Assembly (NCBI GenBank): GCA_024704765.1 | Contig: JAKMXF010000083.1 | Location: forward strand, 1 to 45,960 | Source: Oopsacas minuta | Taxonomy: Eukaryota > Animalia > Porifera | Length of the DNA: 45,960 nt | Reading direction: 5' to 3' | Shown here: piece by piece, positions 11,630 to 24,159 of the stretch | Layout: each line of letters begins with the position of its first letter | How positions within the stretch are numbered: position 1 is the stretch's first letter | Made by a program: the position numbers and the translations under genes | Notes under the pieces: model-generated | Seen by the model: only the letters and a program-made list of their open reading frames with translations | Databases searched by the model: none | Told to the model about the DNA's origin: nothing

Positions 11630-12811
11630 CAAGGACTACTAGAATGCAAGGGCTCCACAGACCCAAACCACGGCATGTACGGTGAGGAATGCATAGGCTG
11701 AATATTGATCTATCATAACTACTTTTTTCCTTGGAACTTGTATTTATGTGAGAAATTTCGTTAAAACTAATAACGAACTCAATTTCCTTTTTAACCCTGG
11801 ATGACATTGATTTCTTATAGATGACTGTGATAAATTATTGCTGTGCCTAGCACAGAGACAATGTAAGTTATTTACAATAATTGTATTACCAACATATGAT
11901 ATTCATGCATGTGTATGACTTCTCAAATACCTCCGTTGCTATGCAAATATATTTAAACAGATCCTGGCCATAACTGAAAAATGTTGATGATAGAGGTGCA
12001 TCTGATAAATGTAGAGCTCTATCATCAATTTATAATTATACCGATGTAAATTATAAATTGATACCGATTTCTCCGCAATAGGCGACCTCCTACTCATGAA
12101 TAATACAGTTTGATACCTAACCCTAACGATTAATAAGTTATGAAGTAACCCACCATATATGGTCAATCTCGATACATGACGTAATAACTTAAATAACCGT
12201 TAGAGTTAGGAATCGAAACTGTCATGAATAGGAAGTCCCCTATTGCGGATACATCTCTATCATCAATATTTTTCAGTTATGGCATGAATCTGTTTAAATA
12301 TATTTGTATAGCAACGGAGGAGTGTGTCAAAATTTCATCAACATTTCACCTATTTTGGAAACACTTCCATGTCGCTAAATTTCCATGCAAGAAGGAAGTG
12401 TCATCCTTTCTAAATCATGGTCAAAATCGGGCTCGATATATGACCAAAATCGTCCAAAAAGGGCTATTAAGCAATGAAAGGATGACAAATCATAAATTTG
12501 AGAAGTAATACACATGTTTGAATATCATGTGTTGATAATACATTTATAGTAAATAATTTGCATAGTTTCTGTGCTATGCATCTCAATAATTTAATACAGT
12601 CATCCATCCATGCTTTAAAGAAATTGTCAGTTATGACGAAATTTCCATATAAATAAATTTATCAAATGATTTACTTGCATTTATGCACGAAAAGTATGGA
12701 ACAATTCCTACTTCCTAGGAAAACAGCAGTTATTTGTAGATTAATGTTCAGCCTATGCAATTCATCACCGTGGTTTGGCCTTGTCGCGTTCTTGTTTTCT
12801 AGTAGTCCTTG
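11630..12811. mobile_element. 1.2-kb foldback element, P-superfamily/Galileo-like
   Basis: Diverged inverted arms run from CAAGGACTACTAGAA to TTCTAGTAGTCCTTG with the centre near 12160; 7-bp direct repeat TTAGAAG at 11623-11629 and 12812-12818. Confidence 0.8.
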
Positions 12812-13322
12812 TTAGAAGTTAAAATTAACTGCGATGCATATAGATAACTTATTTTTTTGCAAATCAGAAGCGAATCCAGAAATACTAGGAGGGGATTCAG
12901 TTGTACACCAGGTAGAGAGCAACTAAGGGAGGGAAATTCTGAAATGTTTCACCATTAAACAGTATTTTTATGCAAATTTTAATTTTACATATTGTAAACC
13001 TTAGTCGACGTATTTTAGACAAATTAATGACATATATAAAGTTTGAATTTTCTAAAAGTTTCCAACCCAAACTCCTCTGTCAATTTATCTAAAAAGATTT
13101 TGAGGTATCTGACACAGAATAATCTCTAAGAAGTTGATACATATTGTGAATACCCAGGGAATTATCTTGAGTGGTGCGGTGGTGGTGCAACGCAGCGCCT
13201 CAGTATTCGGGTATTGCTCATCACTTGAGAACAATGACAATAATGTTTAGACGTATACGAAGTATCCGATTACCTATAACTACGTGATAAATAGTGCAGC
13301 TGTAATATTTACATATCGTTAG

Positions 13323-13509
13323 GTTTTGGTGTTTCGAGGTGAAGAGAAGTCTGGGTACGCTTATTTAGCTGAACCTGTCAGATTGGGATTTATCAACTCA
13401 TGTGCTTACAGAGATCCTCCTGTACAAACTGGTAAGGCAGGTGAAACCAGATTGAGTGGTAAAATAATTGGGAATTACCTTAACAAAATCAGAGCAATAT
13501 TTAGTGTCG
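13323..13509 (+). CDS. Bacterial-type PARG, exon 2
   Basis: AG acceptor at 13321-13322, phase 0. Encodes VLVFRGEEKSGYAYLAEPVRLGFINSCAYRDPPVQTGKAGETRLSGKIIGNYLNKIRAIFSV, continuing the family alignment. Donor G|GTAAGT at 13510. Confidence 0.85.
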
Positions 13510-13826
13510 GTAAGTTTGAAACAATTACATGATTACAAACGTAGTTACGTAGCTGAATATGAATTAATCTAGATCTATTATACAAATCTCAACTATTCGT
13601 GGGTCACAGTTTATCAATATACCGTATTGCTCTGAACAAGTGCCCGGGTATTCTCCTACACGATAAAATAAGCACTGAGGCTCTTATCTAGGGAAATACA
13701 GCACCTAAAAGTTATTACTCGAAATAGCGGCTATCTGCTAATTCCAAGGCTAACTATTTCAAATGTCAATGCTAAAATTAGTTTCAACTGTAAGTAAGGG
13801 GGTAATCAACTTTTGACTACCAGATT

Positions 13827-14330
13827 CAGGGGCGTAAACTTGGTGTGTGCGGCGGGTGCCTAGCACCCTGGCGGCTGTGATGCCATGGTGCCAAAGGTAC
13901 CCTGGCATTTCAAACCGAACTAACCCCACAAACTCAATTTAGCAGGTGGGAGCGAAAAATTTTCTCTTAACAAAAAATTAAGACAAGTTAGGTTTCCTAG
14001 TTTAGTGTCTGTTGTCATCCCAAGAGCAAATCCTGCTGGCGTTGCTCATTACTCATTACGAATTCATCAACAAGCTGTGATTAGTCAAGTGTATCGACGA
14101 TGTTCTTGTACACAGATACTATGCACAAATGGTTCAGTCTGTTTTGACTCATCGTCATCCTCATATAGCACCCTGTGTGTTTTGACGAAGTTTACGCCGG
14201 TGACCAGATTCGTACTTAGCGTCAATTTTCTAGCAATTTGATGAGTCATTTGAACATACTTGGGGATATTTTTTCCATAGCAACCCATAGATCCCAATAA
14301 TTTACAATCGATTGCTGATCTAGCCAGCAA
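13827..14330 (-). mobile_element. hAT element 3' end (dimerisation-domain remnant plus terminus)
   Basis: Minus-strand YMRMTMSQNRLNHLCIVSVYKNIVDTLD*SQLVDEFV; terminus-like CAGGGGCG at 13827. Confidence 0.7.
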
Positions 14331-15619
14331 TGATAATAGTTCTTATATACGATATGCTGGTTATAAGAACATTGTGTCTAGTTCCCAACGATGTCCTTAT
14401 AACCGGCATTGACTGAACTATAAATGGCTATGCTGATTCGACCATAATTTCCACGAATATTGAGTTATTATTGGATACTGGGAAAACATGTGACATCCAT
14501 GGTCTGTACGAGAACTCAGAAACGTGCGAACCTTATCATGAAAAAAATTTTTATTTTTTACAGAGAAGGTTTTAGATTATTTGGTATTTCGATATTTTGA
14601 ATAATTAACGTCACCCATGGTTTCAAAGATGGAGCAGTTCGTAATATATATTTGCCAATTACGCTAACAAATGATGTCACGTCGATCTGAAAGCATTTTT
14701 GAATTCTTACATACCAAAATACATTTACTCTGGTGAAAATGGACCAGTTTCTTATTATCGGCGATTATAGAATTTCCCATCAAAGTATATCCACTTCATG
14801 TTTCCCTGGTCCAGTGAAAATTGACTCAGTAATCAGGCCTTATCTTTAGTAGGTTATGGTAACTTATCACCAATTGATCCAAGGATGTTATCATACAAAT
14901 ATCACAAAATGGCCATAATAAAGTTCTCAAGTTCCAGAGTTATAGTAGTGACCATGGATGGCACATTTCTGCTATCATTCACCTATAACTTGACATCCTT
15001 TAATGTTAGGGCCAATCATCTTGTAAACATATGGCACAGTGGGTTATTTTGGGTAAATATTTCCAGTAGGCTATAACTTCAACAAATTTTATTATTTTCC
15101 GCTGAATATATTGGCTACTGGGGTTTTAACTAAAGACCATTTTTTTTAGCATGTCAGATTTTGAGAATGAATTAGCATTTGAAAATTATGAGGTCATATT
15201 TAATTTCCAAAAATATTGACATTTTCTTCGTTTTTATATTTCATGACTATATAGGATATTCATATAGTATCTTGTTTCAATAACGAATACTAGTAATTAG
15301 GCAATGCATTAGTTATTGAAGAATCATATCCTAATCTTGTATGAAGCATAATNTGCAGTTGAAGTACATAGGCTATTAATTACAGTGGAGTTCGCTTATT
15401 AGCAACTCGGATTTTGCAGAGATTTGGTTGCTAATAGGGCAACGAAATTAACATTATAATCCCGTTTGGGACCCGAAAGCTGGTTGCTAATGAGCAATAT
15501 TACTAATAAGCTAACTGCATTGTATATAAAAACGAAAACTTCCAAATTTATCTTGGGGGGCGAGAAAAACTTTTGGGGGAGCAACCGCCCCCCCTTGCCC
15601 CCCCGTAGCTACGTGCCTG

Positions 15620-16130
15620 ATTGAGAATGGATCTAAAATCCACAGTTGGTTATGGCATTCTTTAAATCCTCAAAGCGTTCGAGCATATCTTGATGCAGAT
15701 TGCTTGTACAGTGTTGGTTTGTCAATGAACGACATGTTCCCACTCTCACACTGTACAAGATTAGTTTTGCTTCCTGTAATTGTGTCTTATTGAGCTTCTC
15801 AAAAAAGTCAGTCATATGAAAAGTGTTATGCTCAATTGCTTTAAGCTTGGTACTTATGTGGATCATCATCTTGTTCCTCTAAAACTTTACGATTGTATCG
15901 AAGAGCTCAGAAACTCGCTTCAGATAATTTCCTTTTGAAATACATCTCTTCAGTTTGTTGTACATAATAACCGCTCGAATTCCTCACCATTTCCATGAAG
16001 TAGCTCTCAGAACATTCGATCATTCGAAGAGCGGCTTTTGATCTTATTGATAACCTTGATGATGATGTTAACTTAAATATTAATTATGCCATGAAAAGAG
16101 CTTGGTTATCAAGAGGTGAGATTCATCGAG
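15620..16130 (-). pseudogene. hAT (Buster/ZBED8-like) transposase fragment
   Basis: VINKIKSRSSNDRMF*ELL..NGEEFERLL, then SKGNYLKRVSELFDTIVKFL, and LHQDMLERFEDL; frameshifted. Confidence 0.75.
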
Positions 16131-16939
16131 TTGTAATCCAAATTCTACTTCTGAATCATTCTTATTAGTTGTAACTCAACATCTTGACCAATTTCATCAA
16201 TTCTTCGCTTGACTGTGTTATTACTTTTTGGAATGTTTTGAATATATTTACTCGGATTCTCATGCATTACCTTGAACCAACTTCAATAGTACAGGATGAT
16301 CAGTGCCTCACCCAGTGCAGCCAAGTGAATTCAGAAAAATTTACGGAGATTGACGGAAAAATTTACGTAGAAACGAAATTTTTTACGGAGCATTTTAAAA
16401 TCCCTTAATGACTCCCAACAGGTCTTAATTTGCTTTTAGAATGCCATTAACTAACAACATTTTATTAATATTCATCAGTAAATGTATATCCATATTGATG
16501 CTTTCGCGTTTGTAAACAAAATCACTATCAGCATGCAACAAACTATCATATTACTATTTTACATGGTCGTAGTAACTTTAAGAAAATAATCGTACATTTT
16601 TGAGGTCGTTACAAACGTTGAGGAATTTTGAATATTGACCTTCATCGTTAACAAAAGTATTACACGTAAATGTAATTCCCTAGAAATATATAGAAATAAG
16701 TCTTCATACGTAGATAAGTAAATAGCAATCAAATTTACACATCTATATATTTTACAGGGCATAGCAGCACTGGATAAATAAGATGTATAGAACCAGATTT
16801 AGATTATAGTCAGTCTTATGTATATCTCTAAATTTACCAGAATCATAACTCATTACCAAACACTAATAAACTCCAAAGTCAAAACAAGGATACTCAAAAA
16901 TGCATTCATTAAACAAGATTTTCATCAAAATATCTGTAC

Positions 16940-17160
16940 ATAGATTTGTTTACTTAATTCTCTACAAACAACAATATATTTACATATGATTGATCCAAAA
17001 GTGTGAAAATCGGAGTTCGATATATTTATTGAAGTTTTAATTCCTTAATAAACACGATAAATTCATAGTTATATGACAATTTCAAAATTGCATACCATAA
17101 ATCCTTTCCTTGACAACGGACAAACAAACAATTGACAAACAACAATTGAGATTTAATTAT
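16940..17160 (+). repeat. Repeat family A, partial 3' copy
   Basis: CAAAAGTGTGAAAATCGG...AAATCCTTTCCTTGACAACGGACAAACAAACAATTG...CAATTGAGATTT matches 1030-1260. Confidence 0.8.
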
Positions 17161-17188
17161 ATGCGTATATTTGTGAATTACATTGTTC

Positions 17189-17194
<6 letters not shown>

Positions 17195-17219
<25 letters not shown>
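17195..17219. repeat. (TA)n microsatellite
   Basis: Directly visible; a second one lies at 42967-42988 in the intron next to spectrin exon C. Confidence 0.95.
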
Positions 17220-18140
17220 CAAGATACTCAAAAGGGACGTCAATTTGGAGAATAATGGATATCTCGAGGCGCAATGCATAGTTAATAACGAAGCGACGAG
17301 CCAAAGTTTCGTTTATTCAGAAAAAGTCATATGAGCACAGCGTATTAGGATCAGTAAGCGACTGTATTTATGAATAAATGTCAAACTACATGCGGGTTTA
17401 ACACAAAAAGATTTTGTAGGACGGCCGGACGATCCTCTAGGCGAATGATTCTGATGAAATTAAACTGAGGAGCGTGAAAATTGAGGATCTTTCCCTATAT
17501 CGTAGCACTAATATACTGACTTAGACGTATGAAATTCTGGAGGAGGAGCGCTAGGACAGTGTTCGAAAAACCTTGTATAACCCCTCCCTATTTAACACCC
17601 TCTTAAACTGAGACAAGGCCACCAAACATTCGTAAGCTGTGAGTGAAAATTCAAATAAGTTTGTCACCCTAAATAATCATCCTGTGTGGTAACAAACTTA
17701 CCACCACACCATCTAGCTATTAACTCCTGCAATTGAGAATTATACTTTACCATCAATATATGATAAAATATAATAGATTAGAGATTGGTAAATAGAGTAG
17801 TTATTATGTAGTGAATGGCTTGCTGGATGGTTGGAGTTAGAGGCTGGAGTGAGACTAGCATTTATAATTAGAAGTAATTAATACAGATTGTGTAGGAAAG
17901 ACAGTGGATATTACAGTCACTCCCGTTATATCGAAACCCAAGGAATCCGAATATTTTCTAGGATATGATGAATAGATTTATGTTGCTTTTATAGTTTGGG
18001 ACCGTATTTGTACTGTTGCGTGTCAGAATTGCTGCCACTGTTATATGACTTCTTTGATTATATATGCGGAAATTAGTTCTAATTACACCTTATGATTTAT
18101 TACTATGATGAATAAATATGTCTATAGACATTGAAACAGA

Positions 18141-20900
18141 TTATTCGATAATAATTGCATCACTGAAGCTGTATGTGTTAAAAAAAGTGGGATTTCGTGT
18201 ATGTATCAAGTCAATAACTGGCTCATAGTAGTGATCGTAGTTTGATAAATATATTGCAGGAGTTGAGAAACCATCATGTGTACTGTGAAATTCGTACCAT
18301 CTTGACCCGCCCAACCTATCTCCATTATTGTTGTGGAGGTTGGAAATGAAGATATCTACTCCAAGGCTAGAGGACAGAGCTAAAATTTCGATGTCAGTAC
18401 TCATACTTTACTTAGGTCCACCTGAGAATGGAATAAATATCCAGTAGGTGTGAAAGGGTTGAACTTTGATTTAAGGTCTCGTGAAATGAAGCTTCATCCT
18501 TGGACAGCTATGTATCTACATACTTCAGCGCGAATCTTAACATGAGCATCTTGACTGCCTGTCAATACTGCTGAAATGGCTCGGAATAAACAATTTCCGT
18601 CTTTTGCGATAGAGAACTCAGCTAAAGGAGCAACACTGCAGTTGATTACCAATATGTGTTAGTGGTTGGACCAAGATGGCAATGAACTCTATTACAAGAT
18701 GATTGCACTTGGATCTCAGCCATTCTGGTCCTGCTGGTGAGTACGTCGGACCATCTTCTGGGAGTGCTGGTGCTTGAATTCTGTAGGAAAATTACTTGTG
18801 TCAGATTGAATTTTCCCCCTGAGAACTCTTCAAGAAATTCGATAATCTAAAATAGACGAATAGTATAATTTGTAGCGGTTCACATTTTGATAATTTGCAC
18901 ATCAATGATATATTTAGTACCTACCGTAGCGTAAATTACATGTAGCACATACTCGATAGGACTTAATTAGGGTGGTGACGCCATAAGGGAGAAAGCGGTT
19001 TCGATCCATACTGTTAAAGTAGAGGCTATCTCTTGTCGCTACCAACAAGGCATTGTTTATGAACACTTCAAGGATAGAAAACACATATTTTCTTACTATT
19101 TCAGATGGACTGCAATCTTTCAGAACAAAGACAAGGACAGATTGTGTGTGCATCATACTTTTACCATCCGTAGTAGCCAATTTCTTGTATAGCTCTGATA
19201 AATAAGTTCTGTTCTTTATGTGGTCGATCACTGTATCCTATAATAAATATATCAGCAAGTGTTGCTAATTGAGACCGATGCTGACCTTCAAATTTATCAA
19301 TTCGTTGATGACCGTTTTTTTGTATACCTCATACGTGTATGCGGGTTCCTTGCAATCAATCCAAGAGAAGATCATAAATCAGTATTACCATTAACCATAG
19401 CCTACGGCATTAACATATTTAATGATATTACCATGGAACGCCTAAATTTCTTCGAAGTAGTGTTTGTGGTTGTACTTCTTCTCTTTTTGGTACAAACCGG
19501 TGTTGTGCTAACCAGTGGCGGAGGAGCAGATAGATCTTCATTCTAAAGATAAGAAATGATTTAATTCAGGAATCAGGTTAATACAAGTACTAATACTCAC
19601 GTTTCGATCACGTATATGATATTTTCTAGCATGAATAGGATGTTTTCTTTCTTTGCCATTTGATGAAGAATGAGATAGCTTTCAGTCACCCTCACAATAT
19701 TAAAAGGCCCTTTATACTTAGGTTTATCTTTAGTGCCCTTTATTTTCTTCTCTTTGGCCTTGTCGAGGACCAAAAATAAATCATCTTCTTTAAAGTCAGG
19801 TCTACAAATAATTTAGGGACAGTAACTTATCATAAGAAACTTTGGCATAGTAATTCGAACATATAAATTACGAACCTGTTGGCTTGTACTTTCATGTCAT
19901 ATAACTTTTTCTGCTTTATCTGTTGTTTTAATGTTAGCTTATGTATTGCCCCTCTATTGTTGTCTAATGTGATCTTAGTCTAGTTCCCATGTCGTAGAAA
20001 AATGGTCTTCAACTAAATCTTGCTCAAGGTAATCAATCTCTATATCAGTATCATTGCTTTCTTCTTCTACCTTCTCTTCCTTAAAATTCAACAGGCGGAT
20101 AAGTGGAAGATGGTCAAACTCACGTCCAAACATTAGCTGAATGGGACTATAGTTGGTCGCCCGTTTCCAATGGATATTGGCAGAAAGGCCTGCTGGTTGT
20201 AGTTTGCTAGGCTAGTCCATTCAGTATCAACATCAGGTACAAATCGTGAGATTTTCCTAGCGTTTAATTGCCAAATGTACATTAAAGTTTAATTCATATC
20301 CATTACCGTTTTAATATCTTGTTATGCGCTTCAACCAATCCGTTGCTTTGAGCGTGGTAAGCAGTTGTCGACCGATAATCTACATTAAGCGCATAGTGGT
20401 ATTGCTTGAACTCCTAAAGTGAAAACATCTATTCGAAATTTTTCCTCATTTTTGTTTATCATAATTTGTGGGTTTTCAGAATTTACTTGCCTTGTTTGTA
20501 AACTCTTTTCCTTGATCAGGTTGTATAATTTTGTGTACGCCATAGGTTAGATAAATCTCTGATAATGCATCAAGAACAGACTTCGTTGTTTTAGTAAAGA
20601 GAGGCCCAGCTGTTACAAATTTACTCAGATAACAGACAACAACTAGAATATGTTTATATCCCGATGAATTACTGGGTAAATCGACAACTAAATCAATTCC
20701 CACAGGATACCAAGGTTGTTTAGGTGGTACTATAGGGTGAAGTCTGCGTTGGGGCTGAGGTAGAAGAGATGCAGTCATCTGACACTACTCGTAGCTTTGA
20801 ACCTAAATATTTTAACGATCTTTGGCCTTGCACACAAAATTCTAACATACAATTCTTCTATTTTGATTTTACAATAGCCTTTCGTTAATACTCATACCAG
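18141..20900 (-). mobile_element. Degenerate Ginger-like element: spliced Gypsy-type integrase, GPY/F module, possible PHD remnant and OTU protease domain
   Basis: Integrase PWYPVGIDLV...SKFV...IQPDQGKEF (20491-20778), AYHAQSNGLVE (20307-20413), NYSPIQLMFGR (about 20130-20170), KPKYKGPFNIV (about 19700); OTU KDGNCLFRAISAVLTGSQDAH...IR, EILALSSSLGVDIFI, DHYYEPV (18141-18640). Stops and frameshifts present; no TIRs found. Confidence 0.85.
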
Positions 20901-22140
20901 GGGACAAACGAAATTAGTACATATTATTGTAGTAACAAGATTTGTTGTTAGTAGTAAATTATTACTATATTGTGAGGTGCCAAATATACAACTAGACAAT
21001 ATGAAGATATAACTCCAGCAGGCTTCAACCAATGCCTAGATGTGTGAAGTTTCTGTTGAAAATACTTCCCAACTGGTATCAACATTATAATATGAAAATA
21101 ACTATAAAGAAACTATGAAGGGGGAGATAATACCCACAAGGGAATAACCCCCATCGTAGCTGGTATATGATTATTTCAAACAAGTATCGAGAATGTCGAA
21201 CCGGGGTGTAAATTATTGTACATTATATCCCTCCTAAATTGGAAGAATGTTCTTATAAATTCGAAAATAATTTAATACTCACTCACAATTATAGGGGGGA
21301 TTATCCCCCTCTGTCTAAATCATGGAGGGGATGAGTACCCCCATCACCCCCACTTCCGACGCCTCTGTCAACGCTGGCCAGAACAAATTGGAAACTAATT
21401 AAACAATTGAAAGGCTGGACGTACGGCAGTGTTAGTCGAAAATGTTTTCGACATAGCTGTGACTTAAATTGTTGCACTATTTTGATAGTCCCAAAAAAGG
21501 TGGAGGGGCTAGAATATTTAACATCTAAGAACAATAGAATTATTACAGATGAGATATTGCTATATAATGAATATTTTCATTTACCTTCAGCAAAAAGACC
21601 TTAACCAATATAAAAATTCTAGAAGAGTATGAAGGTGTAGAATTCTTTTCTCTTTCGAAAAAGGCGTGAAAGATTTGCGACCTTTCATAATTTTTTTTAG
21701 AGGCCAGACTAAAGAAAACAAAATAATAATATAGGCACCCATTTCAATACGTATGTAGATTCATTTAATAGCTAAGTTTAACAATAGCTTTAATTATTTA
21801 TATAATATTTATGAATAAAATATTTTTCAATTTAACAATAGATCATGTAAAAGAAATGTAGTTCCTCGATTAAATAACCTTGGAATAATCGTAGAAGATT
21901 ATTCTAAACAGCAAAAGACGGCAATTCAATGCGCTAATTCCGAATTTCAGATTCTTGAATTTGTACCGATCGAATCTTCTCCAGTATTCCCTTCTATTAA
22001 TATTCTTTAGTCAACCGATAATTAATGCAAACAAATTGAACTTTATATGGACTGTATGTCTGTATGATCATAGTTATTGTAAATATAGTGTTTGAGAGAT
22101 TTTAAATCCGAGCGGAGCGAGGAAATAATAGATAATTATA

Positions 22141-22308
22141 ACCTGTGCCGTCAGCTTAGCCTATGGATTGAATTTGTTTAAAAAGTGCCATTATTCATTG
22201 GAGGCACTATGGAAGGTTCGGTTTAATCCCAATACACTTAGTGCCTCCAATGAATAGCGGCACCTTTCCAAATAAATGTATTTAATAGACTAAACTGTCG
22301 GCACAGGT
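22141..22308. mobile_element. MITE family B, complete palindromic copy
   Basis: ACCTGTGCCGTCAGCTTAGCCTAT...ATAGACTAAACTGTCGGCACAGGT with an internal inverted pair ATTCATTGGAGGCACTA / TAGTGCCTCCAATGAAT. Confidence 0.85.
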
Positions 22309-22911
22309 TGTAATTTTATATTTTTTTCTGTGAAAGCCCTACAGCCAAACTTGTTAGAATTAAAACGCAATTAATCTATATATGTAAGTATATACGTATA
22401 TATGTTACTATGTCCAGAATTGATTGAAGAAACTGGAGAACCCCCAGGTCTGATTTTTGGCATACAGGGGTATTTGGCCTGATTCGGACAAGTCCACACA
22501 ATATCTTGCTGTTTGTTCACCAGAATTTCCCATTGACGACACTACGATTAAAAGAGATATTATTATATTGTAATGAATATATACTCATCAGTACCAATTA
22601 CTTTGACTAGGCTATTTTATTCCGTTGTACTTATATCTAACTTCATCAGTTTTTTGTTATTTGAACAGATTGGTAATTATACATCTTTGAACATGAGTGA
22701 TCGTGAGAGAGTATATGAATCAGGAGCAGCAAAAGAAGAGAAACATCACAAAAGGAAGATTGCGTCAGAATACTGATACAAATATTCCAACCTTAGACAA
22801 GTTCTGTTTTGCTCATCTAACTCTGTTCATACACAATCTTTTCTCATATTTCCCCACTTGATGTTGACGAACCCGAAAATTGGTCTGGATGTGATTCTGA
22901 CTCACAAATCT

Positions 22912-23628
22912 ATGTTATAAAATCTCAATTGTTGTCTGTATGTCTGTTTGTTGTTTGTTTGTTTGTTTGTCCGTTGTCAAGGAAAGGATTTGCGGTATGC
23001 AATTTTACAATTGTTCGTAACTATGTATTTATCATGTTTATCAAGTAAATAGAATTCAATAAAACTTCACTAAATATATCGAACATGCTGAACCCGATTT
23101 TCACACTTTTGGATTAATCATGTGTAAATTCATTGTTGTTTTTATGAATATAAAGTAAACAAATTAGCTAAATCTCAAAATATACATGCAGTCTTGCTCT
23201 TAACGGTTACCCAGGGGTAACTAAGTACAGTAAATCCGAATCTCGCATTTTAAGTTTCTCATATGTAAATTTATTGTTGTTTTTTATGAGTATAAAGTAA
23301 ACATTTCAAAATTGAGGTAGAATCATACTTTCAACCACTATTCTGGGGTATTCGAGTGTGCTGAGTCCGAATATGGTATTGTAAACAATATATTGTGAAT
23401 ATTTGTTTACTTTTAGGTACCTAAAGTAAACAATTTCAAAATTGTTGTAGAATCATACTTTCAACGACTATACTGGTGTACTCGAGTCTGCTGAGTCTAA
23501 ATATTGTAAACAACATCAATATTATTTAAGCTCAATTGTTGTTTATCAATTTGTTTGTCCGTTGAATAGCTCGAGGCGCAATGCAAAGAGTTCATCGCAA
23601 AGCGACGAGCCAAAGGCTCGTAGTATAT
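22912..23628 (-). repeat. Repeat family A, copy 2
   Basis: Reverse-complement homology to 595-1260 along its length, with a longer (TTTG)n tract. Confidence 0.85.
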
Positions 23629-24159
23629 ACATCTAGACCTGACAATGAACAAGACAATTAGACCTCGAGTAACACACAAGTCAAGTTTTTCGGATGGAAA
23701 TATATGACAAAGGCTGCATCGTTGAACCTAATATATTAAGTCGGATGGAACGCTATAAATACGATTTTTTTGTCGTAATTGAGACTGCTTTAAAGGAGTT
23801 AACTTAAAGATTCAACTGAATCACTAAATAGTGTACAACATTTTGATTTTGTGCAATATTGAATCAATTAGTAGTATGCAAATGTCTGATATTAACCATA
23901 CTGTCATAATTTAGAAAAACTTCTACAATTTGTGACCAAATTGGCCTTGATAAGATACAATTGGAGTTGGAATTAAAGAATTTTAGTTGTATTATGCCAG
24001 AAAAGATTTGAGGCAACATAGTTTTTTCTCAGACAACTATGTTGCCCTTAATACCTTGAGTTTATCCTTTCTATAAAGAAAACAACAGGAAAATCGATTT
24101 CATATGATAGTATCGTCGAGAATATGGTTATAAGATGGTTATAACGGTGTTAGTACCAG

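Noticed and set aside
1515-13509. Divergent METTL14 and PARG as a linked RNA-methylation/ADP-ribosylation module
   Set aside because: They are separated by the N join at 3619 and 6 kb of transposon debris, so even their adjacency is unproven; eukaryotic neighbours need not be functionally linked.
14350-14420. Small hairpin ATGCTGGTTATAAG...CTTATAACCGGCAT as a terminator or ncRNA
   Set aside because: It matches the internal palindrome typical of pogo/Tigger-type MITE ends; there is no support for an RNA gene.
22690-22790. MSDRERVYESGAAK... as a gene start
   Set aside because: It resembles the N-terminus of ZMYM1-like hAT transposases but is too short and stops quickly; not enough to call.
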